Numbered from the stretch's first letter, positions 45,438-55,472 are shown. The stretch: 64,000 nt of DNA from Eubacteriales bacterium (GCA_045585895.1 JAZMZI010000051.1:12696-76695), one strand, 5' to 3'. Program-made: numbers and translations. Notes: generated by a model from the letters alone, not told the origin.

Positions 45438-46043
45438 TTATTTGTCCTCGTTCAAGAAGCGAATGAACTTCTTTCTATGTATAGGGGAAGGGCCGAACTC
45501 TCGGAGAGCGTCCATGTGAGCCTTGGTGCCGTAGCCCTTGTGCTTTGCAATTCCGTACTGGGGATATTCGCGGTCAAGATCGGCGCAGATCCTGTCACGC
45601 GCCACCTTGGCAAGAATAGATGCCGCCGCAATGCTCATGCTCTTTGCGTCGCCCTTGACCACCGCTTCGGCGGGGATCTGAAAATCTCTTGCGATATTGC
45701 CGTCGATAATGGCGAAATCGGCTTTGACCGAAAGACCGTCGATAGCGCGGCGCATAGCCAAGAGGTCGGCTTCGAGAATGTTAAGCTCGTTGATCTCCTC
45801 AACGCTTGCCGAGGCTATGCAGTAGGCGATCGCGTTCTCGCAGATAACGTCGAAAAGCTTTTCTCTCTTCTTTTCGGTCAGTTTTTTGGAGTCGTTAAGG
45901 CCCTCAATAAAAAGACCGTCGGGAAGAATGCAGGCGGCGGCGAAAACGGGACCGCAGAGAGGCCCCCTGCCTGCCTCGTCGATGCCGCAGACGTATTTGA
46001 ATCCCTTTTCGTGAAGGGCGGATTCTATTGAATAATCAGGCAT
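45438..46043 (-). CDS. rnhB: ribonuclease HII
   Basis: GIDEAGRGPLCGPV...DSKKL...ASILAK...GYGT. Start moved to the Met at 46043, which has a GGAGG RBS. The ORF-track extension to 46100 runs through the hairpin repeats. Confidence 0.9.
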   Translation of the reverse strand: MPDYSIESALHEKGFKYVCGIDEAGRGPLCGPVFAAACILPDGLFIEGLNDSKKLTEKKREKLFDVICENAIAYCIASASVEEINELNILEADLLAMRRAIDGLSVKADFAIIDGNIARDFQIPAEAVVKGDAKSMSIAAASILAKVARDRICADLDREYPQYGIAKHKGYGTKAHMDALREFGPSPIHRKKFIRFLNEDK

Positions 46044-46060
46044 AGCTTTCCTCCGGAAAG

Positions 46061-46165
46061 TTGCGGCGAAGCCGCAAATGATGTTGCCGCAAGGCGGCAA
46101 ATGATGTGGGCGAAGCCCAATGATGTTTGCGCCGATGGCGCAAATGATGTTGCCGCAAGCGGCAA
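46061..46165. repeat. five tandem GC-rich hairpins separated by invariant ATGATG spacers
   Basis: Hairpins at 46061-46077, 46084-46100, 46107-46119, 46126-46143 and 46150-46165. Spacers at 46078, 46101, 46120 and 46144. The array fills the ylqF-rnhB intergenic gap. Confidence 0.85.
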
Positions 46166-46166
46166 A

Positions 46167-47027
46167 TTAAATGCGGTCAAGCGTAATTCGTCCTAATTTT
46201 GCGGCGCGGAACTCGTCGAGCAGCATATCGGCGGTTCTTTCGGTGTTTATCTCGCCGCCCGAAATGAGAAATCCTCGCTTTTTGCCGATGTAACAAAGCA
46301 GATCGTAGTCGCTCATATCGGTGAAAGTCTCCTTTTCGCCCAGCTTATATCTCGCGGCGAGAAGGTCGGGATAGAGCTGCTTCATTCGGTTACAGTATGC
46401 CATAGCAAGCTCTTCTATCTGAACCACGTCGTCCTTGATAGCACCCGTAAGCGCAAGATTTTCGCCAACGGTTCTATCCTCAAATTTAGGCCAAAGAATA
46501 CCCGGCATATCCATAATGTCAAGTCCGATGCCCGTGGAGAACCACTGTTTATCTCTGGTAACACCGGGGCGGTTTTCTACCTTTGCTTTTTTGTTGCCCG
46601 AAAGCTTATTTATAAGGGTAGACTTGCCCACGTTGGGGATACCCAGCACCATTGCGAAAATGCGGCGGTTCATGCCCTTGTTTTCATATCTTTCAAGCTT
46701 TTCTTTAAGCAATTCGCGTATCGCGGGAAGAATCTTGTTGAGACCCTCACCCGTAAGACAGTCAACGAGTATGCAGGCGGTCTTTTCGGTGCTGTAATGC
46801 TCCTGCCAAGCCTTGTTTTGTGCTGGATCGGCAAGATTTGCCTTGTTTAAAATTATAAGAGAAGGCTTATTTTCGGTTAATTTTGTAATTTCGGGGTTTC
46901 TCGACGAATAGGGAATTCTGGCATCAAGTATCTCGATAACGACGTCAACGTTTTTGAGATTTTCGGAGATCATTCTCCGAGTTTTCGCCATATGCCCGGG
47001 AAACCACTGTATCTGATCGGATGGCAT
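46167..47027 (-). CDS. rbgA: ribosome biogenesis GTPase YlqF/RbgA
   Basis: Circularly permuted GTPase: IQWFPGHM, ILNKANL, GIPNVGKST, DMPGIL. Confidence 0.9.
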   Translation of the reverse strand: MPSDQIQWFPGHMAKTRRMISENLKNVDVVIEILDARIPYSSRNPEITKLTENKPSLIILNKANLADPAQNKAWQEHYSTEKTACILVDCLTGEGLNKILPAIRELLKEKLERYENKGMNRRIFAMVLGIPNVGKSTLINKLSGNKKAKVENRPGVTRDKQWFSTGIGLDIMDMPGILWPKFEDRTVGENLALTGAIKDDVVQIEELAMAYCNRMKQLYPDLLAARYKLGEKETFTDMSDYDLLCYIGKKRGFLISGGEINTERTADMLLDEFRAAKLGRITLDRI

Positions 47028-47077
47028 AGTTTACCTCCTTAAAAATTATGGGTATAGCTAATTCAATACCGTTTTAT

Positions 47078-47803
47078 TTAATTGAAAACGGTAAAAGGAG
47101 ATACGCGCAAGATTGCCTTGCCGAGAACGCATTCTTCCTCGACGAAACCGACTGCGGTTCGGGAATCGGTGGAGCCGTTTCTGTTGTCTCCCATTACGAA
47201 CAGGTGACCCTCGGGAACTTGGGTCTTATAGACCGCGTGACCGTTTTCATAACGCACGCTACCGTATTCGAAATAACTTTCGATATTATATTTGCCGTTG
47301 CTGAGATAGGTGTTGCTGTCGTCAAAAAGCTCACCGTCAACGTAGACCTTTTGTTCAGTAAGATCTATCTTAACGGTCTGACCGCCCGTTGCGATGATTC
47401 TCTTGACAACCGCTTTATTGTCAAGACCGTGAGCGTGAAATACTATTATATCGCCTTGCTGAGGCTCGTAAAAGAGCGACGTGGTTATAAGCATTTCACC
47501 GTCGTTAAGAGTTTGATTCATAGAATTGCCGTCGACTCTGCAAACTCTGAAGCAGAAGGTGAACACCATAAGCACGGCAAGAACCGAAATTGCGAATATT
47601 TCTACGTAATCGTAAAGAGTTGTCAAGAACTGAAATACGCCGCTTTTATTTTTCTCGGTCATAGACTCATTTTCACCGTTATCTGCGTTATCGATCTCGG
47701 TTTCATCTACGATCTCATTTGCGGCCTCGTCCTCGTTGGGGGCAAAGTCGGAATTTTCCTCGGATTCGGTATCCGTGGAATCAAATTCAGGCTCTTTATT
47801 CAT
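47078..47803 (-). CDS. lepB: signal peptidase I (S26A) with acidic N-terminal extension
   Basis: VDGNSMNQTL, GDIIVF, VKRIIA, GDNRNGSTDSR. Confidence 0.9.
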   Translation of the reverse strand: MNKEPEFDSTDTESEENSDFAPNEDEAANEIVDETEIDNADNGENESMTEKNKSGVFQFLTTLYDYVEIFAISVLAVLMVFTFCFRVCRVDGNSMNQTLNDGEMLITTSLFYEPQQGDIIVFHAHGLDNKAVVKRIIATGGQTVKIDLTEQKVYVDGELFDDSNTYLSNGKYNIESYFEYGSVRYENGHAVYKTQVPEGHLFVMGDNRNGSTDSRTAVGFVEEECVLGKAILRVSPFTVFN

Positions 47804-47821
47804 AAAGCTACCTCGTAAATC

Positions 47822-49030
47822 TTATTTTTCAATAACTCTCTCCATAAGAGTGTGTCCGGCAGAAACGTAAAGTCCCGTAGCAGCGGCGCTTTCCTCCGAG
47901 AAGGAGGCAACGCCCGTTTTTTCTTCCTTGGAGGAGTAGATCATATAAGGAACTGCATCCATCGTGTGGGTGCGGAGACGGATAGGCGTGGGATGATCGG
48001 GGAGAATAACTATTTTGAAGTCCTCTCCCGAGTTTTTAAGATACTCGTAGATCGGAGAAAGCACCTTTTCGTCAATAAGCTCGATGGAGAGCACCTTGTT
48101 TTCGGTCTCGGCTCTGTGACCGCACTCGTCGGGACCTTCAAGGTGAACGTAAACGTAATCTATGCCTCTCTTGAAGGCTTCGATAGCCGCCTGAGCCTTG
48201 CCGCTGTAGTTGGTGTGAACGTTGCCTGTAACACCCTCAACGTCGATAGACTCCATTTCGGCGCAAAGTCCGATACCCTTGATAAGGTCAACGGCAGAGA
48301 TAACGGCGCTGTCGAGTCCCCATTTCTCCTTGAACGAGGGAAGAGCGGGCTTTTTGCCGGGGCTCCAGAACCAGATAGAGTTGGCGGGTTTGAGACCGCG
48401 AGCGCGTCTCGCCTCGTTTACGGGATGCCTGTCGAGTATATCCCAGCTTGCCTTCATAAGCTCGTAATACTTATTGCCGACCTCGCCCGAAGGGAGAAAG
48501 TCCTTTATGCGCTTACCGAGAATATCGTGAGGGGGAGTAAAGCCGTAGTTATCCTCAACTCCGTCCCAAAGGAGACAGTGGCGGTAGCTGACACCCGTGT
48601 AAAAATGACGTTCATCGTTACCGAGAACTGCCTCGACTGCTTTTATAAGCTCGTCGGCTTCAGCGGTGCTTATTTCGTCTGCGCTATGGTCGATGATGGT
48701 TTTTTCATCATATTCTTCATCCTCAGAAAGGGTGACTATGTTGCAACGGAAAGCCACTTGAGTGTCGTTCATCGTAAGTCCCATGCTCACCGCCTCAAGA
48801 GGAGAGCGGCCCTTGGAATAGACCTTGGGATCGAAGGAGAGGATCGCCATATTTGCCGCGTCGCTTCCGGGAGCTATACCCTCGGGGACGTTGGAAACGA
48901 GTCCGACTTCGCTTTTTGCCGCCAATGCGTCGGTCACGGGCTTTTTTGCCGCCTCCATGGGAGTTTTAAAGCCAAGGCTTTCTATTTTTTCATCCGCCAT
49001 ACCGTCGGGGATAAGTACAAGGTATTTCAT
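47822..49030 (-). CDS. cofactor-independent phosphoglycerate mutase, archaeal-type (ApgM-like)
   Basis: MKYLVLIPDGMAD...GSDAANMAILSFDP...HLEGPDECGH...DHPTP. Confidence 0.8.
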   Translation of the reverse strand: MKYLVLIPDGMADEKIESLGFKTPMEAAKKPVTDALAAKSEVGLVSNVPEGIAPGSDAANMAILSFDPKVYSKGRSPLEAVSMGLTMNDTQVAFRCNIVTLSEDEEYDEKTIIDHSADEISTAEADELIKAVEAVLGNDERHFYTGVSYRHCLLWDGVEDNYGFTPPHDILGKRIKDFLPSGEVGNKYYELMKASWDILDRHPVNEARRARGLKPANSIWFWSPGKKPALPSFKEKWGLDSAVISAVDLIKGIGLCAEMESIDVEGVTGNVHTNYSGKAQAAIEAFKRGIDYVYVHLEGPDECGHRAETENKVLSIELIDEKVLSPIYEYLKNSGEDFKIVILPDHPTPIRLRTHTMDAVPYMIYSSKEEKTGVASFSEESAAATGLYVSAGHTLMERVIEK

Positions 49031-49258
49031 TTATTCGTCCTTTCGGAATATAATTATATAATAATACATTTTACATTATAACACATCTTCTGCGATAAAA
49101 CAACATTATTTTTCCGATTTTTTGAAGTTCGGTATCTTGCCGAATTTTATGTGAGTATCAAGGACTAAATTTTACATAATGACTATAAAAAAACTTGTAA
49201 TTAAGAGAGAAATGTGGTATAATTGACTCAATAGAATAATATTGAGAGGTTTATATTA

Positions 49259-49933
49259 ATGAATGACCAAGAAATGAAGCCCGTTGATGGCAGAATAAGC
49301 AAGGGATTATTTAAGGATAATAAGCTTTTGATAGTAATCATTGTCGCTGCTTTGGCGGTAATTATTATAGTATCTGCGGTGATAGTGCTTTTAAATTCCG
49401 ATTATTTTGACCGTACCGTGGCAGAACCCTATCCCGCTCTCGGAGAGGACGAGCTTGCCGAGACGAAAGAAGAGGGATTTGACATAATGGAATACGACAG
49501 GTATCTTAACTGTAACAGGGTTGTAATGCTTGAAGACAGTAACGGTGTTTCTCAAAGTATAAACGATGCTACCTATAAGAATTACGGAAAGGGAGTTGCG
49601 CTGACTTACGAGCTTCTGAAAGCGGTAATAGCAGGCGACGCGGATGCGTATAATTCAATGGTGACCGAGGAAGTCGGGCATTACGAAAGCTTTACACAGC
49701 AGCAATTGTACGACATGAAAATAACCCGCGTAAGTCAGGAAACGGTGCAGGGCAAGAACGGAAACTACGACGAATACGTGCTTGAAGTCGAATTTAAGAT
49801 AAGAGAGAACAACGGAAGCTTTAAGAATAATCTTCCCAGCGATACGTCGAGACCTTTTACGATGGTTTTGAACGATAGCTCGGGAGAGCTTCTTGTTGTG
49901 AGTATTTCAGAGCCCGTTTATATCAAAAAGTAA
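49259..49933 (+). CDS. membrane-anchored hypothetical protein
   Basis: Single TM (aa ~25-47). Preceded by TTGTAA-17-TATAAT at 49195-49223. Confidence 0.5.
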   Translation: MNDQEMKPVDGRISKGLFKDNKLLIVIIVAALAVIIIVSAVIVLLNSDYFDRTVAEPYPALGEDELAETKEEGFDIMEYDRYLNCNRVVMLEDSNGVSQSINDATYKNYGKGVALTYELLKAVIAGDADAYNSMVTEEVGHYESFTQQQLYDMKITRVSQETVQGKNGNYDEYVLEVEFKIRENNGSFKNNLPSDTSRPFTMVLNDSSGELLVVSISEPVYIKK

Positions 49934-50008
49934 TCGGATAAAGGTTTTTTGTGCAAAATATACTAATCGGGAGCTTGAGATTTGTAAATAATTTTTCGTG
50001 GAACGCTA

Positions 50009-50037
50009 TTGACAATCAAGTGACCGCGTGTTATAAT
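50009..50037 (+). promoter_or_regulatory. promoter TTGACA-17-TATAAT for nfeD-SPFH
   Basis: 50009-50014 and 50032-50037. Confidence 0.6.
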
Positions 50038-50104
50038 TGTATCAAGGTGAGACGAGGACGGAAATCCGTCTGCACCGCCAACGAATAAGAGAGGAGAATA
50101 ATAT

Positions 50105-50551
50105 ATGGAACCGTACGTTATGACTTTGGTTTGGGTGTCGATGTTTATCGCGGCACTTGTTATCGAAGCGCAAACAGCAGAGCTTGTGGCGATCTGGTTT
50201 TTGCCGGGAATATTGGTGTCACTGATACTTTCATTTTTTGAGGTCGATCAGTTGATACAGTGGGCAGTTTTTGCCGCAATTTCCGCAGTGTTGCTAACCT
50301 TGGCATTCACTGTATTCCGCAAGAGGCTGTTGAAAAATCACGGCAGTGAGCCAACCGATATCGATCTGCTTTTGGGCAAGGATGCTTTGGTAACGGAAAA
50401 CATTAATAATCCGCTTATGCAGGGCGCGGTCAAGATCGACGGAAAAGAGTGGAGCGCGAGAATGACCGACGATTCCGAAACCGCGGAGGTCGGCGAGTTC
50501 GTTACCGTAGAGAGCATTTCGGGCGTAAAGCTCATTTGTAAGCGTAAATAA
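50105..50551 (+). CDS. NfeD family membrane protein
   Basis: Three TM helices plus a C-terminal OB-like segment (G.V.VDG..W.A). Sits upstream of an SPFH gene. Confidence 0.8.
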   Translation: MEPYVMTLVWVSMFIAALVIEAQTAELVAIWFLPGILVSLILSFFEVDQLIQWAVFAAISAVLLTLAFTVFRKRLLKNHGSEPTDIDLLLGKDALVTENINNPLMQGAVKIDGKEWSARMTDDSETAEVGEFVTVESISGVKLICKRK

Positions 50552-50604
50552 CGCTTTGTCCGTAAGGCAAGCGAAAAAATTTATAGACAGAAAGGAATTA
50601 AATC

Positions 50605-51534
50605 ATGGAACCTTGGCAAGCAATATTGATCGGAGTAGGAGTAGTTTTCGTACTCATTCTCATTTCCAACATTCACGTAGTACCTCAGGCGAGAGCATAC
50701 GTAATCGAACGTCTCGGCGCATACCACGCAACGTGGGGAACGGGACTTCATTTCAAGATCCCGTTTATAGACAGAGTAGCGCAAAAGATCAACAAGATGG
50801 AGCAGGTTGCGGATTTCCCGCCTCAGCCCGTTATCACCAAGGATAACGTAAGAATGCAGATAGATACCGTAGTGTTCTATCAGATCACCGACCCCAAGCT
50901 CTACGCTTACGGTCACGCAACGCCTATGGCGGCTATTGAAAACCTTACCTCCACCACACTCCGTAACATTATCGGTGATATGGAGCTTGACGAGACTCTC
51001 ACATCCCGCGATGTTATCAACTCCAAGATGCGCGCAATTCTTGACGAAGCGACCGACCCTTGGGGAATCAAGGTAAGCCGTGTTGAGCTTAAGAACATCA
51101 TTCCTCCCAAGGAGATTCAGGACGCCATGGAGAAGCAGATGAAGGCAGAGCGTGAGCGCCGCGAATCCATCCTCCGCGCAGAGGGTGAAAAGAACTCCGC
51201 TATCCTTTTGGCAGAAGGACGTAAGCAGTCTCAGATCCTTGACGCGGAAGCGGAAAAGGCATCGAGAATTCTCCGCGCAGAGGCAGAGAAGCAGTCTCAA
51301 GTCCTTAAGGCAGAAGGTGAAGCAGAGGCGATCCTCAAGATCCAGCAGGCTACTGCGGACGGTATCAAGATGATCAACGAAGCAAATCCCGGCGAGGGCG
51401 TAGTAGCGCTTAAGAGCCTTGAGTCTCTTGAAAAGGTGGCTAACGGTCAAGCGACCAAGATCATTATCCCCTCCGAGATACAGAACGTAGCAGGACTCGT
51501 TGCGTCTATCAAGGGCGTAGCGGAAGAGAAGTAA
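50605..51534 (+). CDS. SPFH/Band-7 (stomatin/prohibitin-like) protein
   Basis: V.ERLG.Y......GLHF.IPFID; an EAEK-rich coiled-coil tail. Confidence 0.9.
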   Translation: MEPWQAILIGVGVVFVLILISNIHVVPQARAYVIERLGAYHATWGTGLHFKIPFIDRVAQKINKMEQVADFPPQPVITKDNVRMQIDTVVFYQITDPKLYAYGHATPMAAIENLTSTTLRNIIGDMELDETLTSRDVINSKMRAILDEATDPWGIKVSRVELKNIIPPKEIQDAMEKQMKAERERRESILRAEGEKNSAILLAEGRKQSQILDAEAEKASRILRAEAEKQSQVLKAEGEAEAILKIQQATADGIKMINEANPGEGVVALKSLESLEKVANGQATKIIIPSEIQNVAGLVASIKGVAEEK

Positions 51535-51629
51535 AAGACTCAATACAAGGAGGCGGAGAAAACTTTTAAAAAGCTTTCTCCGCTTTTTTGGCAAAATTAT
51601 TAAAAACCAAACAAAAGGTAGGAAAAAAT

Positions 51630-52598
51630 ATGAGTCTCGAAAACATCAAAAAGGTGCGCGACGGCGTTAAGGAAAACGTCGGCCGTGTTATCGTCGGCAA
51701 GGAAAGAGTTACGGAGCTTGCTATAATCGCCCTCCTTTGCGGTGGTCATATGCTGCTCGACGACGTTCCGGGTACGGGTAAGACGGTTCTTTCCAAAACC
51801 TTTGCAAGCTCACTTTCCCTTGATTTTAAACGCGTTCAGTGCGTTCCCGATATGTTGCCGTCCGACGTGGTCGGCGTTAACTTCTTCGATATGAAGGAGA
51901 ATGAATTCCGCTTCGTGAGAGGCCCCGTTTTTACTAATATTTTGCTTGCCGACGAGATAAACCGCGCTATGCCAAAGACACAGTCGGGTCTCCTTGAGGC
52001 GATGGAGGAGCATCAGGTCACCGTTGACGGCGTTACGTATACCCTCGACGAGCCTTTTATGGTAATAGCCACCCAAAACCCCGTTGAGACCAAGGGAACC
52101 TTTGACCTCCCCGAGGCTCAGCTCGACCGTTTCCTTATAAAGACCAGCATGGGATATCCCACCGTCGACGAGAGCGTTGAGATCCTTTCGCGCAAGCTTT
52201 CTGCAGCAACTTTTGCTGAAACGGTTGGTTCTGTGGATAAGGAGACCGTCCTTGCCGCTCGCCGTGAACTTGAATCGGTCTACGTACATAAAGACCTTCT
52301 CACCTATGCCGCCGAGATCTGCGAGGAGACGAGAAAGGGAAGTGAGGTAATGCTTGGCGCAAGCCCCAGAGCAATGATCGCGCTTATCAAGGTGGCGCAG
52401 GGCTTTGCGGCGCTTGCCGAGAGGGATCATCTTTTGCCCGACGACGTAAAGAAGGCGGCAGTTCCCGTTTTGGCGCATAGAATAGTATTCAATAACAGCT
52501 TCTTCCACAGACAGAATATGGGTGAGGAGTATATCACAGAAGTGCTTGAGAGAGTGACGGTTCCCAGTGAGCAGATCGCTTTCTCACGAAAGATGTGA
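51630..52598 (+). CDS. MoxR-family AAA+ ATPase
   Basis: GVPGTGKT, LLADEINR, ATQNP.E..GT..LPEAQLDRF. Start at the Met with an AGGAAAA RBS. Confidence 0.9.
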   Translation: MSLENIKKVRDGVKENVGRVIVGKERVTELAIIALLCGGHMLLDDVPGTGKTVLSKTFASSLSLDFKRVQCVPDMLPSDVVGVNFFDMKENEFRFVRGPVFTNILLADEINRAMPKTQSGLLEAMEEHQVTVDGVTYTLDEPFMVIATQNPVETKGTFDLPEAQLDRFLIKTSMGYPTVDESVEILSRKLSAATFAETVGSVDKETVLAARRELESVYVHKDLLTYAAEICEETRKGSEVMLGASPRAMIALIKVAQGFAALAERDHLLPDDVKKAAVPVLAHRIVFNNSFFHRQNMGEEYITEVLERVTVPSEQIAFSRKM

Positions 52599-52601
52599 CA
52601 G

Positions 52602-53732
52602 ATGAGAACTATAATTAACACAGTAGGAGATCTTATTGGCGCGCTCGTTTCTCATCAGACGTTTCTTGTCGTTGTCACTATGGCGGTGATAGCGTCCGTC
52701 GTTGGCGTTATAGCCGTGATAGTGTACCAAAGAATGAAACTTTACGCGCTCGGTTTGATCGAATATTCAAGGAGCTTTTCAACCGACGGTATCTTTTCTG
52801 GCGAGAGCTTTACTCTGACCGAGACCGTGCGGAACAGAACCTTGTTCCCTCTGTTTTTTGTGGAGGTTGACTTTTTCGTGCCCTCGGGATTGACGGTAGA
52901 TGGAGTAAAGTGCTCGGAATATACCAAATCCACCAGTATTTTTCATATTCCGCCATTTTCCACGGTGAAAAAGATACACACCGTAACGTCTGACAGACGC
53001 GATCACTATATTTTACATAATGCCGCCGTTACTTACCTTAAAAACGAATTCGTTTTTGACGTTCCCATCGACGTTTACGTTTATCCGCAGAGATATCATA
53101 ACGGCGCGGAGTTGTCGGACGACGTTCGGGTTGCGGGTGAGGCGATCTCAAAGAAAAAATATATAGAAGATCCTTTTTTCTTCGCGGGGATAAGACAGTA
53201 CAACCGCGGAGACAGTATGCGTCAGGTCAATTTCAAAGCGTCGGTGAGATCCTTTTCGGGAGGCTCAAGACAACTTATGTGTAACTATTACGACAGTTCA
53301 AGAAGCTTTGATACTATGATATATCTTGACCTTACCGACTATTCGAATTCCGATGATTTCGAGCATTACAGCGCGTCGCTTGAGGACGGTCTCAGAAGCG
53401 TATGCTATCTTTTCTCCCAAGCAGAGGAGAACGGCGGAAGAGTAGGCTTTGCAGCTAATTGCGCCTCGGAAAATTCAAGATACATAAAGATAAATTGCGA
53501 TTCGGGTATAGGTCACTCAAAGGCTGTGCTTGAGTGCTTGGCTTCCATAACGCCATACGCGAGAAGAAATTATTCGATCCACGCGCTTATGAGCGAGGCT
53601 GCCGAATTGCCGCCCACTACCGATATATATTACGTCACGTCCTATATAAACGATAAAAACGCAGAGCTTATCCGAAGCCTTCAAAGAATGGGCAAAAGTG
53701 TCAGGACGGTCAGATTGGGGGGGACGGAATGA
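52602..53732 (+). CDS. DUF58 domain protein
   Basis: GIRQYNRGDSMRQVNFKASVR corresponds to the DUF58 REY.PGD..R.I.WK..AR motif. Confidence 0.8.
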   Translation: MRTIINTVGDLIGALVSHQTFLVVVTMAVIASVVGVIAVIVYQRMKLYALGLIEYSRSFSTDGIFSGESFTLTETVRNRTLFPLFFVEVDFFVPSGLTVDGVKCSEYTKSTSIFHIPPFSTVKKIHTVTSDRRDHYILHNAAVTYLKNEFVFDVPIDVYVYPQRYHNGAELSDDVRVAGEAISKKKYIEDPFFFAGIRQYNRGDSMRQVNFKASVRSFSGGSRQLMCNYYDSSRSFDTMIYLDLTDYSNSDDFEHYSASLEDGLRSVCYLFSQAEENGGRVGFAANCASENSRYIKINCDSGIGHSKAVLECLASITPYARRNYSIHALMSEAAELPPTTDIYYVTSYINDKNAELIRSLQRMGKSVRTVRLGGTE

Positions 53733-54391
53733 AAAGGTTGATCTTTAAAATACTTTCTGCGATAAAGAGATTTTTTGCAAAATACTGGCGCGAGGCAGGT
53801 TTTGCCGCCTCGGTATTGGGATTTATAACGATTGCCTACTATTTCACTTACGAACGCCCCGAGGATAGATTTGAGCAATCACTTATGATTCTCGGAATGA
53901 TGGTGTTCGGAGCTTTAAGCGTATTTTTCTTCAGACTTGTCTGGAAGAAGAAATGGAAAGAGAAGGTAACCGAAGGACTGCAAAAGGTGTTTGCAAGACT
54001 TCAGCGTATCGTTGAGAGAGTTTCCACAAAGCTTGGACTTAATAAACGCTCCAAAAAGAGCGTGCTTGAGGGCAAGACGAAGATAATATTTGAAAAAAGC
54101 GTCGAGAGGGAAACAAAAAGGGTAAAGACCGAGCCGAAGCCGCCAAAATGGGGCAGGCTCAACGATAACCGCGAAAGGGTGAGATATCTTTACCGAGGTA
54201 TGGCTAACGATAAGATAAGACGCGGAGAGCGGATATACCGTTTTGAAACTCCCAACGAGCTTGGCGAAAGACAAAAGTCGGGAAGCGCGGAAAAAAAGCT
54301 TATCGAGGTCTATTCCTCCTGCCGATACGACGAAAGAAAAAGCCCCGACCCCAAGACCGTGGCGGAGCTTAAGCGCGAACTGAATATTTAA
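53729..54391 (+). CDS. two-TM hypothetical protein completing the MoxR-DUF58 triad (DUF4129-like tail)
   Basis: ATGA overlap with the DUF58 gene; basic linker. Confidence 0.45.
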   Translation: MKRLIFKILSAIKRFFAKYWREAGFAASVLGFITIAYYFTYERPEDRFEQSLMILGMMVFGALSVFFFRLVWKKKWKEKVTEGLQKVFARLQRIVERVSTKLGLNKRSKKSVLEGKTKIIFEKSVERETKRVKTEPKPPKWGRLNDNRERVRYLYRGMANDKIRRGERIYRFETPNELGERQKSGSAEKKLIEVYSSCRYDERKSPDPKTVAELKRELNI

Positions 54392-54430
54392 AAATTCGCA
54401 AGGAGCTTTCTGTTCCTTGCGAATTTTATA

Positions 54431-55030
54431 TTATTCGGACTTTTCATTACCGTCCTTGTTTTTTTCGGTGTCTGCCCGTTTTATTGCTCTGACGTTTTCG
54501 GTGAGATAGAAAAAGAAAGAGACGCAGATCATAACGGTGCAAAGGATTATAGATATGCTTGACACCTCAGGGGTAACGTCTATCCAGAACGTATGAAGCA
54601 TCATCATACCGTAGAGCAGAACGGTAGCCACCTTGCCGTGCCAATGCGCTCCCGTGACCTTTCCGCTTTTCTGTATTGCGAGAAATCCCGTGATACCCAC
54701 GAGGGTCTCCTTAACCACCATCGAAACGATAGGCAAGAGCATCCACGGAAACCTTGATACAAGACAGATAAGTACCGCTAATTGAGTGAATTTGTCTGCA
54801 ATGGGGTCAAGTATCTTTCCAAGATCGCTTATAAGGTTAAATTTTCTTGCTATGAATCCGTCCAATACGTCGGTGATTCCCGAAATTATGATGATATAGC
54901 CTGTAAAAACGTAATTCTCCTCGATGCAATATAGCCATACCATCAAAGGGATCAGACAGAGACGGAAAAACGACATAACGTTTGGCAGAGTGAATATCTG
55001 ACGCAAAACGTCTTTGTTTTGTTTTTTCAT
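54431..55030 (-). CDS. pgsA: CDP-alcohol phosphatidyltransferase (PgsA-like)
   Basis: DGFIARKFNLISDLGKILDPIAD matches DG(x)2AR(x)8G(x)3D(x)3D. Start at the internal Met (55030). Confidence 0.8.
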   Translation of the reverse strand: MKKQNKDVLRQIFTLPNVMSFFRLCLIPLMVWLYCIEENYVFTGYIIIISGITDVLDGFIARKFNLISDLGKILDPIADKFTQLAVLICLVSRFPWMLLPIVSMVVKETLVGITGFLAIQKSGKVTGAHWHGKVATVLLYGMMMLHTFWIDVTPEVSSISIILCTVMICVSFFFYLTENVRAIKRADTEKNKDGNEKSE

Positions 55031-55213
55031 TTTTCTCCCCCTATGATTTGTATTATCAATAAACAGTATAGCCAAATTTTTGAGCGTTGTCAAGGGAAAG
55101 GACCGCGCAATCCGACTCATTTTACCTATTTTTTACAAAGTTCAAATTCATTAAATATTTTTCGTCGGCAGAGTTAAAAACAAGGCAGAAATGCATCTGC
55201 CATGTTCTTGTTT

Positions 55214-55441
55214 TTATTGAGTTTTCATGGATTTTTTGAAAAACACGATTGCCAATACGATACAAACCGCAATAGCAATTGCAAAAGGAATGGCGTAGAT
55301 AAACGCGATCGAAGCGGGCGCGCTGGCTCCGCAATGCTCGATAGCGCAAAGCATTCCGCGGTATTGGAACGCAACCGTTGCGCATCCGATCTGGGAAAGG
55401 ATCACCGCCGCCAATGAAAGAATATAAACTGCGATCTTCAT
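55214..55441 (-). CDS. 75-aa two-TM protein, unknown function
   Basis: AAGGAGC RBS 9 nt upstream; hairpin+T-run terminator downstream (about 55165-55200). Confidence 0.45.
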   Translation of the reverse strand: MKIAVYILSLAAVILSQIGCATVAFQYRGMLCAIEHCGASAPASIAFIYAIPFAIAIAVCIVLAIVFFKKSMKTQ

Positions 55442-55472
55442 TTTTTTAGCTCCTTTCGGTCAATTTGAAATA

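Noticed and set aside
45021-46031. 336-aa plus-strand ORF opposite yraN/rnhB. Analogous long ORFs lie at 47852-49081, 50581-51594, 31719-32690, 33423-34202, 12325-13335, 36522-37478 and 51810-52508.
   Set aside because: Each lies antisense to a gene with clear family motifs (RNase HII, ApgM, SPFH, dGTPase-like, PepT, NmrA-like, MoxR). None has an RBS or motifs.
46044-46100. N-terminal extension of the RNase HII ORF (MPPCGNIICGFAATFRRKA)
   Set aside because: It is encoded by the tandem hairpin array. The internal Met at 46043 has a GGAGG RBS and aligns with the usual RNase HII N-terminus.
46061-46165. Possible CRISPR array
   Set aside because: The units are 19-24 nt including a 6-nt constant linker. 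There are no unique spacers and no cas genes in the window.
50105-54391. NfeD-SPFH pair and MoxR-DUF58-TM triad as novel conflict systems
   Set aside because: Both are very widespread, canonical operon architectures. No attached effector domains or unusual fusions are seen.
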